A DNA stretch of 32,000 nucleotides from an uncultured Clostridia bacterium. GTDB taxonomy: Bacteria; Bacillota; Clostridia; TANB77; CAG-508. The stretch covers positions 11,576 to 43,575 of the forward strand of contig CALXFF010000012.1 of assembly GCA_944387525.1 (NCBI GenBank), given 5' to 3'. Shown here piece after piece: positions 1 to 9,333 of the stretch; position 1 is the first letter of the stretch, and every line of letters starts with the position of its first letter. The notes under the pieces are model-generated. The model saw only the letters and a program-made list of their open reading frames with translations, made no database searches and was not told where the DNA came from. A program made the translations under genes and the position numbers.

Positions 1-1290
1 TACAATTTCTAGATTTGCCTGTAACACTGCATTGTATAGTGTAGAAGAAATTTGACAAATTCCTCCTCCTAATCCGTCTACAACTTCTCCATTTGAATAT
101 ATTTTTGCACTTTTATATCCTGCTGCTATTGTTCTTGCACCTAGAGTTTTATTATATGAGAATGTTTCTCCTGGTAAAATTACTTGGTCATTCAATTTTT
201 CACATGCTAATTCTAGGTTTGTTGATCTATCTTTATCACTAACATCATATCTAGTTGTATATGTTCCTAGTTCATCTGATAAAGCTTCTGGTCCTATATC
301 CTTTAATGTTACTTCTGGTTCTGTTATTGTAAGTGGAATAACATATTCTTCTTTATCTTCTTGTAAAATATTTTTTGCCGCTTCTAGATCAAAATCGATA
401 CCCTCCACTTCTGGATATACTTCAAATGGATCTTCTGTAATATATGCATCTTTAGCCTCTTCATATATTTCATCATGTATTTTTTGTATATCTATTTCAT
501 CTGGTTCTTTCTCTAATACTGGAATTTCTATGTAATAGTCACTAATATTTGTGTTATTAAGTTTTTCTTTTACTTTATTTAATAATGTATCTGTGTCAAT
601 TACTATACCTTTTTTACCTTTTGTAATAATTAGTTCATTTTCTTCAATAGAATAGCTAGATTGAATTAGTATTCCTGGTAAGTTAACCCCTATATCTTCA
701 ATTGTTTGTCTTGTAACATCTTCATTTAATGTCATTTCTACTGGTATATTTTTCTTTGAAATTAGTGTAAATAGAATTTCATAATTATTCTGAAAAATAT
801 TATCTTTTTTTCCTATTTCATATGCATTATCTACTGCTTGTTCAATTTCATAATTTACTTCCATTAATGTAGGATTTAGTGTTGTTTCATAATCATTATA
901 TATTAAGTTTATGTCTTTCTCTTTTTTCTCATTATATATTAATTCTAATTTTGCTGTTGCTTCTTCTTTACTTAAACCTGACATGTCAATTCCTTCAATT
1001 GAGATACCACTCATTATTTTGTCATTGTTTATATTTACCAATGCAAATATTGTTGATACAAAAAGCACAATTACTATTATTACTATTATTGCTGTTATAA
1101 TTGACCATTTTTTTTGCTTCTTTTCCATGTGCATTTCTTTCATGTCTTTTTCTTGCTTTTTCGGGCTTTCTTTTGATTTTTCAAATTTTATTTCATCATT
1201 ATCTACTTTTGAATTTTCTTTGTTTTTTACTATTTTTTCTTCAATTTTGTTTTCTTTTACTTTTGTATTATTTTCTTCTTTCTTTTTCAT
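1..1290 (-). CDS. VanW/YoaR-family protein with N-terminal membrane anchor; 3' end lies beyond the window start (partial)
   Basis: Absent from the supplied ORF track, since no stop lies inside the window. Hand translation of the minus strand from ATG 1290-1288 (gaaaggaa RBS-like upstream) stays open to position 1. It reads MKKKEENNTKVKEN...KKWSIITAIIVIIVIVLFVSTIFAL (TM) ...ETFSYNKTLGARTIAAGYKSAKIYSNGEVVDGLGGGICQISSTLYNAVLQANLEIV, which is the conserved VanW-domain core. The + strand ORFs at 879-1471 are low-complexity antisense shadows of it. Confidence 0.7.
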   Translation of the reverse strand, partial: MKKKEENNTKVKENKIEEKIVKNKENSKVDNDEIKFEKSKESPKKQEKDMKEMHMEKKQKKWSIITAIIVIIVIVLFVSTIFALVNINNDKIMSGISIEGIDMSGLSKEEATAKLELIYNEKKEKDINLIYNDYETTLNPTLMEVNYEIEQAVDNAYEIGKKDNIFQNNYEILFTLISKKNIPVEMTLNEDVTRQTIEDIGVNLPGILIQSSYSIEENELIITKGKKGIVIDTDTLLNKVKEKLNNTNISDYYIEIPVLEKEPDEIDIQKIHDEIYEEAKDAYITEDPFEVYPEVEGIDFDLEAAKNILQEDKEEYVIPLTITEPEVTLKDIGPEALSDELGTYTTRYDVSDKDRSTNLELACEKLNDQVILPGETFSYNKTLGARTIAAGYKSAKIYSNGEVVDGLGGGICQISSTLYNAVLQANLEIV

Positions 1291-1524
1291 TTTTTATCAT
1301 TCCTTTCTCGATCTAAATTGTGTTAGAAAAGAATTTACTCTTTTATACATTTTATTAATGTTTTGTAATTATTATTTCCTCAATATTATATTAACATATT
1401 CGCATATTTTTGACAATATTCTTCTTTGTTACAAATATTACATTTTGATTACATTTTGCAAAAATACTTGAACAATGTAGAATTTAATATTATAATGTTG
1501 ATAGCAAAAGATAAAGGAGAAATT

Positions 1525-2001
1525 ATGATGGAATTAACAAAGAACATATTTTTTAATACTGATAAATTAGTTGAAAATAGTAAAGTTAAAATTTCTTATA
1601 CTGGAAAACTTTTTCAAGATAACTCTGAGGAAGTTTCTATTCATTATGGTTTTGGTTTGAATTGGGATAATGTAAATGATATTCCAATGGAAAAAACTGA
1701 TTTAGGTTTTCAAGCTGAAATCCAATTAGGTGAAGGTGATTCTTTCAATTTCTGTTTTAGAAATGAAAATGATTGCTGGGATAATAATGAAGGACAAAAC
1801 TATATTTTTCCTTTAGAAAAAGTTCAAAATGAATTAATAGTTTTAGAAGATGAGCCAGTTGCTTTAGGTTCTGCCAGAAAACTAAGAAAAACTTATTTAT
1901 GGAGTAAAAAGATTCGTTTAGCTGTATACAAGATTATTACTTATCTTCCTAAAATTATTTCTGGGAATTATAAGAGAAAGTTAAATCGTAATGAAACATA
2001 G
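1525..2001 (+). CDS. small protein with CBM25/CBM53-like carbohydrate-binding signature
   Basis: ATG at 1525 follows an aaaggaga RBS and is in frame inside track ORF 1426..2001. HYGFGLNWDN...CWDNNEGQNYIFP resembles the W...WDNNxGxNY signature of starch-binding CBM25/53 modules. A strong terminator follows. Confidence 0.5.
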   Translation: MMELTKNIFFNTDKLVENSKVKISYTGKLFQDNSEEVSIHYGFGLNWDNVNDIPMEKTDLGFQAEIQLGEGDSFNFCFRNENDCWDNNEGQNYIFPLEKVQNELIVLEDEPVALGSARKLRKTYLWSKKIRLAVYKIITYLPKIISGNYKRKLNRNET

Positions 2002-2043
2002 AACAGGGATTAGGGGACGGTCCTAAAAATCCCTGTTTTTTTG
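2002..2043 (+). terminator. rho-independent terminator
   Basis: aacagggatt (2002-2011) pairs with aatccctgtt (2028-2037), with inner ttagg/cctaa pairing. A T-run follows, directly after the stop at 1999-2001. Confidence 0.65.
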
Positions 2044-2061
2044 TTTCTTAAATTCAAAACT

Positions 2062-2793
2062 CTATGTTATAATCCAGCCACCGTTTATTGAAATAATTTG
2101 ACCTGTTGTATAATTGTCATTAATTAACCAATTTATGCATTTAGAAATATCTTCTACTTTCCCTATTCTTTCTAATGGAATTTCTTCTTTAATATTCTCT
2201 ATTTCTTCTTCAGTAAAATTCTTGCACATGTCTGTATCAACTATTCCTGGTGCAATAGCATTTACTCTTATGTTTGAAGGTCCTAATTCCTTTGCCAATG
2301 CTTTAGTCAAGCCATCTATTCCGGCTTTTGAAACAGAATATAAAACTTCCATTGAAGCACCTACCATTCCCCAAACTGATGAAATATTAATTATACATCC
2401 ATTTTTATTTTTTATCATATTAGGTATTACTTCTTGACTTACTGCAAAAGCTGAATATAAATTAGTATTAATTACTTTATTCCAATCTTCGTCTGTTTCA
2501 TCTGTAAATAATTTATATTCACTAATTCCTGCATTGTTTATTAAAATATCTATTTTTTCGTAATTTTCTATTGCATATTTAACTAAATTTTTTATTTCTT
2601 CTCTCTTAGAAACATCTGCTTTTACAATGTCAATTACTATTCCTTCTGCCTCTAATTCTTTTTTTAACTCAATTGCTTTTTCTTCTGAATTATTGTAATT
2701 TGCTATTACTTTAATGTTTTGTTTTGCTAGACTTTTTGCTATTTCTCTTCCAATGCCACGAGATGCTCCTGTTACTATTGCTACTTGTTTCAT
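2062..2793 (-). CDS. short-chain dehydrogenase/reductase, 3-oxoacyl-ACP reductase (FabG)-like
   Basis: 243 aa. It has the TGASRGIG cofactor motif, NNAG, and the catalytic YSVSK (YxxxK). aggagaaaa RBS upstream. Confidence 0.85.
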   Translation of the reverse strand: MKQVAIVTGASRGIGREIAKSLAKQNIKVIANYNNSEEKAIELKKELEAEGIVIDIVKADVSKREEIKNLVKYAIENYEKIDILINNAGISEYKLFTDETDEDWNKVINTNLYSAFAVSQEVIPNMIKNKNGCIINISSVWGMVGASMEVLYSVSKAGIDGLTKALAKELGPSNIRVNAIAPGIVDTDMCKNFTEEEIENIKEEIPLERIGKVEDISKCINWLINDNYTTGQIISINGGWIIT

Positions 2794-3049
2794 ACTTTTT
2801 CTCCTTTCATTTTACTTATTATATCATGTTTATTTATTTTTTGTACATTTTGATATTATTTTATAAAAACTTTTAAATTTAATAAATCTACATAACTATT
2901 TACTTTTTTATGTAACTATGGTACAATATCTGCATGTCAATACTGATGTTTTGCTTTTAAAACTGTTGTCTCAATTTAACAACGAGGCAAACAGCAGTCA
3001 ACTGACAGCAAAAAAACATTAATCAACTTTAGTAAGAGGAGGTATTAAC

Positions 3050-4417
3050 ATGATGACTAATGAAGTACGTTGCATTACTATTATTCACAAGAAAGGTGAA
3101 ATTTCACGGTTTCGGGTATTTTCTGCTTTTTTCCGTTTGATTGGAATTTTTGTGTACGAAAAAGTATATAAGGAGGTATCTGAAGAAGAAGCACTAGGTA
3201 TGGAAGTAGATGAAGAAGAGTGTGAAATGGATACTGATGCTGTGATTTCTTTGGTAGAATCAGATTCACCGCAAAACCTAGATGAGTTATTAGCACATCT
3301 TAACAGGTGCTTTGGTGACAGTACGATGGTTTGGCTGAAACGCATAGCAAAGATCTATGTTCTCCAGAATCTGATGCGGGGTAGTTATGAACTTGATTAT
3401 TTTTCTGATGCTAGGGATGATGCCATTTATGAGGATATGATGAACTCTCGTGACCGGTTTGAGGTAGCTTATCAGCAGTTTTGCGAGTTAGAAAAATCGG
3501 TAGCTCATGAAGACGATCAGGCGCGGAAATATATCATTTCTGCTGAAGCAAACTGCATGAGAAGAATGAACCAGCTTTATATGATCCTGATTGAAGCAAT
3601 TGAAAAAGGATGGTATCGGAATAATCCAGAGAAATTGCGTAATGAGCTTTTGACAAGAGATTACTATTTCCATGAAGATATTGAAGAAAAGGTGATGGAA
3701 ATACTCAGCATCGACCCCTATTATTACGGTGCACATGCGATTTTAGCACTTGCAGACATGACAGATGACGATTCGAAAGTAGGAGCAATGGATTCCTTTA
3801 TAAGAGCTACAAAACTAATAGGGGAAAAGCCATATGCAAGTTATCTCATGTTCAGAATGGGGCACTATTATGAGTATATTATAAGGCGTCCAGCAACAAG
3901 CTTGGCATACTATAAAAAGGCTTATCAATTGGAGCCTAACAATTTCCGTGCAGCCTTTAAGATTGGTAACCGAGCCAAGACGGATGGAGCGAATGTGGAA
4001 GCATTTAAATGGATGAATCGTGTAATTGAAATCCTAGAAAACAAAACAGACATGCGGTCAATCCAACCTTCAGAATGTAACTATTTGTATAAGGCTTATA
4101 AGAGCAAGGGGAAGATTCTGCTAGAAGAGGGAATGTCTCAAATATCGCATTACTCTGGAAACGAATATTACCTCAGCAGCATTAAGGAATTTGAAAAGGC
4201 TATATCCATATACGAAAATGACAAGGATGTGCAGGGAAAAGGATCAATATATCCTTTCATGTTTGGCGATAAAGCTACATTATACAAAGCTGTTGCCAGA
4301 AAGAAACTTCATGTCTGGAAAACTTATGACTGTATTGCAGATGCTGCAGCAAGATCGGATTTGTATGAAAAGTATAAATACGCGTCCTCTATGGCAGAGG
4401 ATTTAAGAGATTATTGA
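3050..4417 (+). CDS. hypothetical protein with TPR-like C-terminal repeats, sole gene of a GC-richer islet
   Basis: 455-aa ORF preceded by a strong RBS (aagaggagg). TPR-like stretch SLAYYKKAYQLEPNNFRAAFKIGNRA. Codon and base composition are clearly different from the neighbours. Confidence 0.6.
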   Translation: MMTNEVRCITIIHKKGEISRFRVFSAFFRLIGIFVYEKVYKEVSEEEALGMEVDEEECEMDTDAVISLVESDSPQNLDELLAHLNRCFGDSTMVWLKRIAKIYVLQNLMRGSYELDYFSDARDDAIYEDMMNSRDRFEVAYQQFCELEKSVAHEDDQARKYIISAEANCMRRMNQLYMILIEAIEKGWYRNNPEKLRNELLTRDYYFHEDIEEKVMEILSIDPYYYGAHAILALADMTDDDSKVGAMDSFIRATKLIGEKPYASYLMFRMGHYYEYIIRRPATSLAYYKKAYQLEPNNFRAAFKIGNRAKTDGANVEAFKWMNRVIEILENKTDMRSIQPSECNYLYKAYKSKGKILLEEGMSQISHYSGNEYYLSSIKEFEKAISIYENDKDVQGKGSIYPFMFGDKATLYKAVARKKLHVWKTYDCIADAAARSDLYEKYKYASSMAEDLRDY

Positions 4418-4640
4418 ACGAATATTTCTAAGAACACTGCAAGGAAATTCAATTGCAACATAGTAGATGAGAGTTCAAGATTACAATTTACAGGTCGAGA
4501 ATTCAAAATTTACAATAATAACAATATCTATGACTATGGTTGATTGAGTTAGCCGAAGGTAGTTTCTGAAGCTAAAAACGAAAGTTCCTGAATAATGCAA
4601 ATTGTTCAGGAATTTTCCTTAATTAATATATATTGATTAT

Positions 4641-5009
4641 TTATTTAGAATTAGATTCTAAAATTATTATTAACTTTACTTCACGTAAAATTTCTAATGA
4701 TTTCCCATTGTATGTAAAAGCTGGTCCTGTTATTACTTCTGGTGGCATAACTAATACAAATATTTTATCATTTTCTTTTAAATCAGAAATGTTATATTTA
4801 TGAAAGTTTATTCCTATAATTGGTTCATCTGAAACATTAATTTCAAAATAATTTAAATGTTTTGAAGATGTAGTAATAACACTATTATCTGCTACTTCTT
4901 GTATAGTAAGAACATATCCATCAAATCTATATATAAGATAAATTAAAGTTACTATAATTATAACAATTAAAGATAAAATTATTATTTTTTTCTTTTTACT
5001 TTTTTTCAT
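4641..5009 (-). CDS. small membrane-anchored protein of unknown function
   Basis: 122 aa. Lys-rich N-terminus followed by one TM helix (IIILSLIVIIIVTLIYLIY). Same architecture as the 6070..6480 product. Confidence 0.5.
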   Translation of the reverse strand: MKKSKKKKIIILSLIVIIIVTLIYLIYRFDGYVLTIQEVADNSVITTSSKHLNYFEINVSDEPIIGINFHKYNISDLKENDKIFVLVMPPEVITGPAFTYNGKSLEILREVKLIIILESNSK

Positions 5010-5086
5010 TATAACAACCCCTTTTTTCTATATTTATCATAGTTTTATATTAGTGTCAATAAATTGCAATTTTGATTTTTGAACAA

Positions 5087-5133
5087 TAAAAAAAGCCAAT
5101 AATTAAGAGTTCTCTCAAAACTAATGACCTTTT
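5087..5133 (+). repeat. attL-like direct repeat (partner at 17985-18031)
   Basis: taaaaaaagccaataatTaagAGTtCTCTcaaAactaatgacctttt versus taaaaaaagccaataatCaagCCCtTCTGcaaGactaatgacctttt. Identical arms of 17 and 14 nt flank a divergent centre. Both copies can fold as terminator-like hairpins on the minus strand. Confidence 0.55.
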
Positions 5134-5175
5134 ATTTTGAGTAATTTTCCAAACGGACCTGAATAAATTTCTTTA

Positions 5176-5559
5176 TTGGAATTTATTTCAAAGTATCAAT
5201 ATTTAAATATGAAAGATGCACATCATTTTTTTAGCACACAAAAATACTATAAAAAAAGAATTAGTAATTTGGTTTCAAAAAAATACCTTAGAAGAGTAAA
5301 ATCAAATCTCGTTTTAAATAAATTAGGTGTTGAATTCGCTGAATTATTTAATTTTGAATACAATAAATTAAATAGAAATCAAAAAAACCTTCCAAGATTA
5401 CTGTATATTAGCAGATTAGTAGCTTTCTATAATAAATGTGATACTGTCAAATTTATTCCTTCATTTGATATGAAGGATAAAGAAGAATTTACAATTACTT
5501 CAAGAAAATTTATTGGAATATTAGAAATAAATGGTATTGAATATTTAACATATCACTGA
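5176..5559 (+). pseudogene. replication-relaxation-family (wHTH) gene fragment
   Basis: TTG-initiated 127-aa ORF. The N-terminus (FFSTQKYYKKRISNLVSKKYLRRV) resembles the winged-helix start of replication-relaxation proteins of conjugative elements. Sensible sequence (EEHNDKYLRLIIYDIQ) continues in another frame after the stop, which indicates disruption. Confidence 0.35.
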
Positions 5560-5595
5560 AGAACATAATGATAAATATCTAAGATTAATTATATA

Positions 5596-6003
5596 TGATA
5601 TACAATTAGTAATAAATTATATGCCATTATTTGCATTGTAATTGCTTTTATTTCCATTTTTATTATATTAGATATATTACTTGTTGTTTTCAAAAAGAAA
5701 AATGAAAATAAAGGTATAAATTTTCAACCTGACAATGGAACTTATGGTACAGCAAATTGGATGAAGGAAGATGAGATAAAGAATATACTTGGAATTGGTG
5801 AAATTCCTGGTATTATTTTAGGCAAATATAATAATGAAATTGTAAAACTACCATTTGACAGTTATTTTAATAAAAATATATGTGTGTTTGGTAGTTCGGG
5901 TAGTATGAAAACCACCTCATTTTTACTTACCAATTTATTGGAACTTTCTAAATACAAAAAATCAATTTCAAAAAGAAGAAAAAGAAGTTTTGATAACTTT
6001 TAA
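5596..6003 (+). pseudogene. N-terminal fragment of a VirD4/TraG-type coupling protein
   Basis: The frame is open from 5596 with no canonical start. It encodes a TM helix (LYAIICIVIAFISIFIILDILLVVF), then GTYGTANWM...GIILGK...NICVFGSSGSMKTTSFLLTNLL. That is a degenerate Walker A (GSM instead of GSGKT). The ORF stops about 80 aa after the ATG at 5761, far short of a full coupling protein. Confidence 0.5.
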
Positions 6004-6069
6004 TTTTATGGTATAATTATCTCGTAGAATAACAATTTATTTTTATAGATTAGAAAGAGAGTTTTTTAT

Positions 6070-6480
6070 ATGAAAATTAAACAAAAAGTATTTATTGTAA
6101 TAGGATTATTATTAATTATTGGAGTAAGTTTTGCTATTGTTTTAATTGTAAGACAAAAAAATATGCCAAAAAATGAGTTAACAGTTACTGAATCATCTGG
6201 GCAAACATTTTATGCCAATATAGAAAGCATAAAGCAGTATAACGATGGTGATTTTTATATTGGTGTCAAGGGATTAGAAAGAAACAATATAAATTATAGA
6301 GGAGAGTTTACTTTTAAAGCAGATGACAGTATAGATATGACTTGGAAAGGAGAAAAAATTGGCATTTCTGATTTAAAAGAAGGAGATACTATATTAATTA
6401 CTTTTAATGATGAAATACTTATTACTATTAGTCCTACTCCATTAGAAGAAGTTGTAAAAGTTCAACTTATAAAGGATTAA
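6070..6480 (+). CDS. small membrane-anchored extracytoplasmic protein
   Basis: 136 aa with an N-terminal TM helix (VFIVIGLLLIIGVSFAIVLIV). RBS agaaagagag upstream. Confidence 0.5.
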   Translation: MKIKQKVFIVIGLLLIIGVSFAIVLIVRQKNMPKNELTVTESSGQTFYANIESIKQYNDGDFYIGVKGLERNNINYRGEFTFKADDSIDMTWKGEKIGISDLKEGDTILITFNDEILITISPTPLEEVVKVQLIKD

Positions 6481-6537
6481 GATTAGTTATAACTTATAAT
6501 TTTGTATTAGAATAATAAATAGTAAAGGAAATAAATT

Positions 6538-7482
6538 TTGAAGATAGATGATAAAGAATTAGAAAAAATTTTTCTTGATATAAAACAAAATAAAATACAT
6601 GGAATTGAAGAATTGTATAGCAAATATAAAAAAGTAGTTTATGGTATAGCATATACTATATCTAAAAACAAAGAAGATAGCGAAGATATTATGCAAATGA
6701 TATTTGCTAAAATATATGAAATGGATAATTCTAAATTACCAACCAATAATTTTTCTTCATGGCTTTATTCAATAACAAAAAATGAAACAATTAATTTTTT
6801 TAAAAAGAATAAAAACAATATTCCAATAGACAAAATATATGAAATATCAGATGATAATAACGAACTAAATAACGTAATTGATAATGTAGAGTTTAACAGG
6901 TTAATAGGTAAATTAAATGATAAAGAAAAGGAAATTATATCATTAAAACTATTATCTAACTTTTCTTTTGAAGAAATAGCAAAATTATTAAAAGAACCTA
7001 TTGGAACGGTAAAATGGAGATATTATAAAAGTATATATTCTTTAAAAGCCTTTTTAGGAAATTTGGCAATGTTTATACTATCTTTTGGAATAGGAATAAA
7101 AGCATTATTATTAAGCAGAAAAAGTGAAAATATTATTGAGCAAGAAAGTATGGAACAGAATATACAAGTGCAAGAAGATGCTACAAATACTACTTTATCA
7201 GATGAGAATATTTTTCAAGATAAATCTGAAAGTTATAACAGTGAAACTACACAAAATGAAAGTATTAGACAAGACATAAATAATACTAATACAACTACAA
7301 ACATAACACAAGATACTAATTCCACTACTCAAGAAAGTACAATTTATGAAGAACAACCAAGCAATAATTATAATCAATATATAGGATATAGTTTTTTAGG
7401 TATATCAATTATATTTTTAGTAATATCTTTATATTTTTTCATAAAATACCAACTAAAACACCTAAGAAAATTGTCTAAATAA
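6538..7482 (+). CDS. ECF-type sigma-70 factor fused to a two-TM membrane-tethering extension
   Basis: TTG start after an aaaggaaa RBS. Region 2 (DSEDIMQMIFAKIYE...WLYSITKNETINFFKK) and a region 4 HTH (SFEEIAKLLKEPIGTVKWRYYKSIYSLKAFL) run directly into a TM helix (LAMFILSFGIGIKALLL). A stretch of roughly 100 aa rich in N/T/Q/S follows, then a second TM helix (YSFLGISIIFLVISLYFFI). Confidence 0.7.
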   Translation: MKIDDKELEKIFLDIKQNKIHGIEELYSKYKKVVYGIAYTISKNKEDSEDIMQMIFAKIYEMDNSKLPTNNFSSWLYSITKNETINFFKKNKNNIPIDKIYEISDDNNELNNVIDNVEFNRLIGKLNDKEKEIISLKLLSNFSFEEIAKLLKEPIGTVKWRYYKSIYSLKAFLGNLAMFILSFGIGIKALLLSRKSENIIEQESMEQNIQVQEDATNTTLSDENIFQDKSESYNSETTQNESIRQDINNTNTTTNITQDTNSTTQESTIYEEQPSNNYNQYIGYSFLGISIIFLVISLYFFIKYQLKHLRKLSK

Positions 7483-7505
7483 TAGAAAGGTAAAAGGTGG
7501 TATGA

Positions 7506-8627
7506 ATGAAAAAGAAAATTTTTATTATTTTAGGAATAGTAATTGTTTTATTGGTAGTAATATATGGAATTATATTTTTTGTTGATTGTAACAATGTTTC
7601 AAATGGTAAATTGCCTATCTTTGCAATAAAGTCTGATACAGAAAATTATCACGGACTAGGTTATACAGTAAATGTAAAATATTATAAAGATACTAATGAT
7701 ATTGAAACAATAGATATGTCTGCTTTTGGTAAAACAATAGCAGGAGCAATTTTTAATTATGATGAAGTAAATAATAATACTAATAATGATATTATAATTA
7801 TTGAAGATGGGAAAATACAAAATGAAAATTTATTAGATACATTTCTAAAAAATGTAGATAACAAAGAGCCTTCAACTTTGAAAATGAATAATATTTTAAA
7901 TGGAAATACAGAAACAACTACATTAGAATATGTACTAGGTGAAAATGATATAAAAAATAATACCTCATCAGAAAATACAACTGTAAATACTGCTATTCCT
8001 GATAAAGATTGGATTTATGAAGACTATCAAAAATATTATGGTTATTTTAAAATGACAAAAAATGATAAAGAAGAAAAATTTGATGTTTACCATTGGGGAA
8101 TAAAAAGACAGACAACTGAAAATACAGTTCAAGTTATATTTTATAGCAATACCATAGATTTAGCAGAAATACCAGTAATATTTGAATATAACTTAGATAG
8201 TTCTTTATATGAAAAAACATATGATTTAATATATCATGGAAGAAAAGATATGGGAATAAAACGAATTGCAAAAAACAATGAGTTTGACAATATTGATTAT
8301 GGATTATACACACTTGCAGGAGATGTAACTGTTACAATAGAACAAGATATGGTATATTCATTAGAGAACGCATTAAATCAGAAAATAATAAGTGTTCAAG
8401 GTATTTTAGAACAGGCAAAATTAGATGCAAAATATGGAATTTGTGAAGTTGCATTTTATAGTGATGGTGGAAGTATTGAATATAGGTATAAAGATTATAC
8501 AATATTAAAATTTAATTCTTTAGATGGAAATAAAGATTTAGTAATCGGAATGCCTGGCTCTATTATAAATAATGAACAGTTAAAAAATGAAAATTATAAA
8601 GATGCAGGAGAAAAAAACATTCAATAA
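7506..8627 (+). CDS. membrane-anchored extracytoplasmic protein, probably co-transcribed with the fused sigma factor
   Basis: 373 aa. RBS aaaggtgg. N-terminal TM helix (IFIILGIVIVLLVVIYGIIFFV). Starts 23 nt after the sigma gene. Confidence 0.6.
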   Translation: MKKKIFIILGIVIVLLVVIYGIIFFVDCNNVSNGKLPIFAIKSDTENYHGLGYTVNVKYYKDTNDIETIDMSAFGKTIAGAIFNYDEVNNNTNNDIIIIEDGKIQNENLLDTFLKNVDNKEPSTLKMNNILNGNTETTTLEYVLGENDIKNNTSSENTTVNTAIPDKDWIYEDYQKYYGYFKMTKNDKEEKFDVYHWGIKRQTTENTVQVIFYSNTIDLAEIPVIFEYNLDSSLYEKTYDLIYHGRKDMGIKRIAKNNEFDNIDYGLYTLAGDVTVTIEQDMVYSLENALNQKIISVQGILEQAKLDAKYGICEVAFYSDGGSIEYRYKDYTILKFNSLDGNKDLVIGMPGSIINNEQLKNENYKDAGEKNIQ

Positions 8628-8946
8628 AAATATTCAAAAATATCTATCTCTACCAAAGAAATGAGAAGATAATAAGTTAGAGATAAATACAGACTGGTCT
8701 AAAATATATGGTGACTAAAAAACATAAACATTCTTCAAAAATCTTTAAAATGTTATCTCAAACTCAAATTCAAATTAGACAACAACTTAGAAAATGGGGA
8801 CTTTCTATTGAGTTGTCTTTTTGCTATGATCCTACTAAATGCTCTTGTGGTAATTTTATGATATTTTTTAAATTAGTTATTCCTAAAAAATATTCTATTG
8901 CAACAACTAGTCCTCCTATTGTATAATTGTATTGGAGGTATATGTT

Positions 8947-9189
8947 ATGAATTTTGATGAGGAATTTGAAGATGATTTTAATGATGACTTTGAAAACCCT
9001 TTTTCTGGTGAAATGGTTAATTTCAAATGCCCAGATTTTCGAAAAGTCAGTGCATATCCTATCGAAATTATTAATGATATCTATGAAGCAACAAAAAAAG
9101 AACCACAAGTTGATTGCTATCACTGTGAAAGTCACAGTGCGTCTCCTATTTATTACAAGACTCCAGACGGAAAAATATTTGAAAACTAA
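8947..9189 (+). CDS. small acidic protein with two Cys pairs (zinc-ribbon-like)
   Basis: ATG 8947 follows a ggaggt RBS, inside track ORF 8932..9189. Contains FKCP...DCYHCES. A terminator follows. Confidence 0.35.
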   Translation: MNFDEEFEDDFNDDFENPFSGEMVNFKCPDFRKVSAYPIEIINDIYEATKKEPQVDCYHCESHSASPIYYKTPDGKIFEN

Positions 9190-9211
9190 TCTTCAAAAAA
9201 TTTGATTTTTG

Positions 9212-9240
9212 AGGCACATTTATTGTGCCTTTTTATTTTT
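9212..9240 (+). terminator. rho-independent terminator
   Basis: aggcaca (9212-9218) / tgtgcct (9224-9230) stem plus a T-run. Confidence 0.5.
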
Positions 9241-9278
9241 CTTTTAAAAATTTAAATTTAGAGAATTTTCCTATAACA

Positions 9279-9311
9279 TAAAAAATAACAGGATTTAAAA
9301 ATCCTGTTATT
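9279..9311 (-). terminator. rho-independent terminator for the 9334..10488 gene
   Basis: aataacaggatt (9284-9295) / aatcctgttatt (9300-9311). The A-run on the + strand is a T-run on the minus strand. Confidence 0.55.
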
Positions 9312-9333
9312 AATCAATTCTCAACTATTTTCT

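Noticed and set aside
879-1471. Three overlapping + strand ORFs (879..1100, 911..1471, 1101..1316) with Leu/Phe/Ser-rich low-complexity translations
   Set aside because: They are antisense to the Lys/Glu-rich 5' part of the VanW-family gene read on the minus strand (1..1290). They have no RBS and implausible composition.
8708-9205. ORFs 8708..8926 (+), 8824..9135 (-) and 8954..9205 (+)
   Set aside because: They have no convincing RBS, odd composition, and they overlap one another. Only the 8947..9189 frame has an RBS and a terminator. The C..CG stretch in 8708..8926 hinted at a transposase zinc-ribbon remnant, but that is too weak to call.
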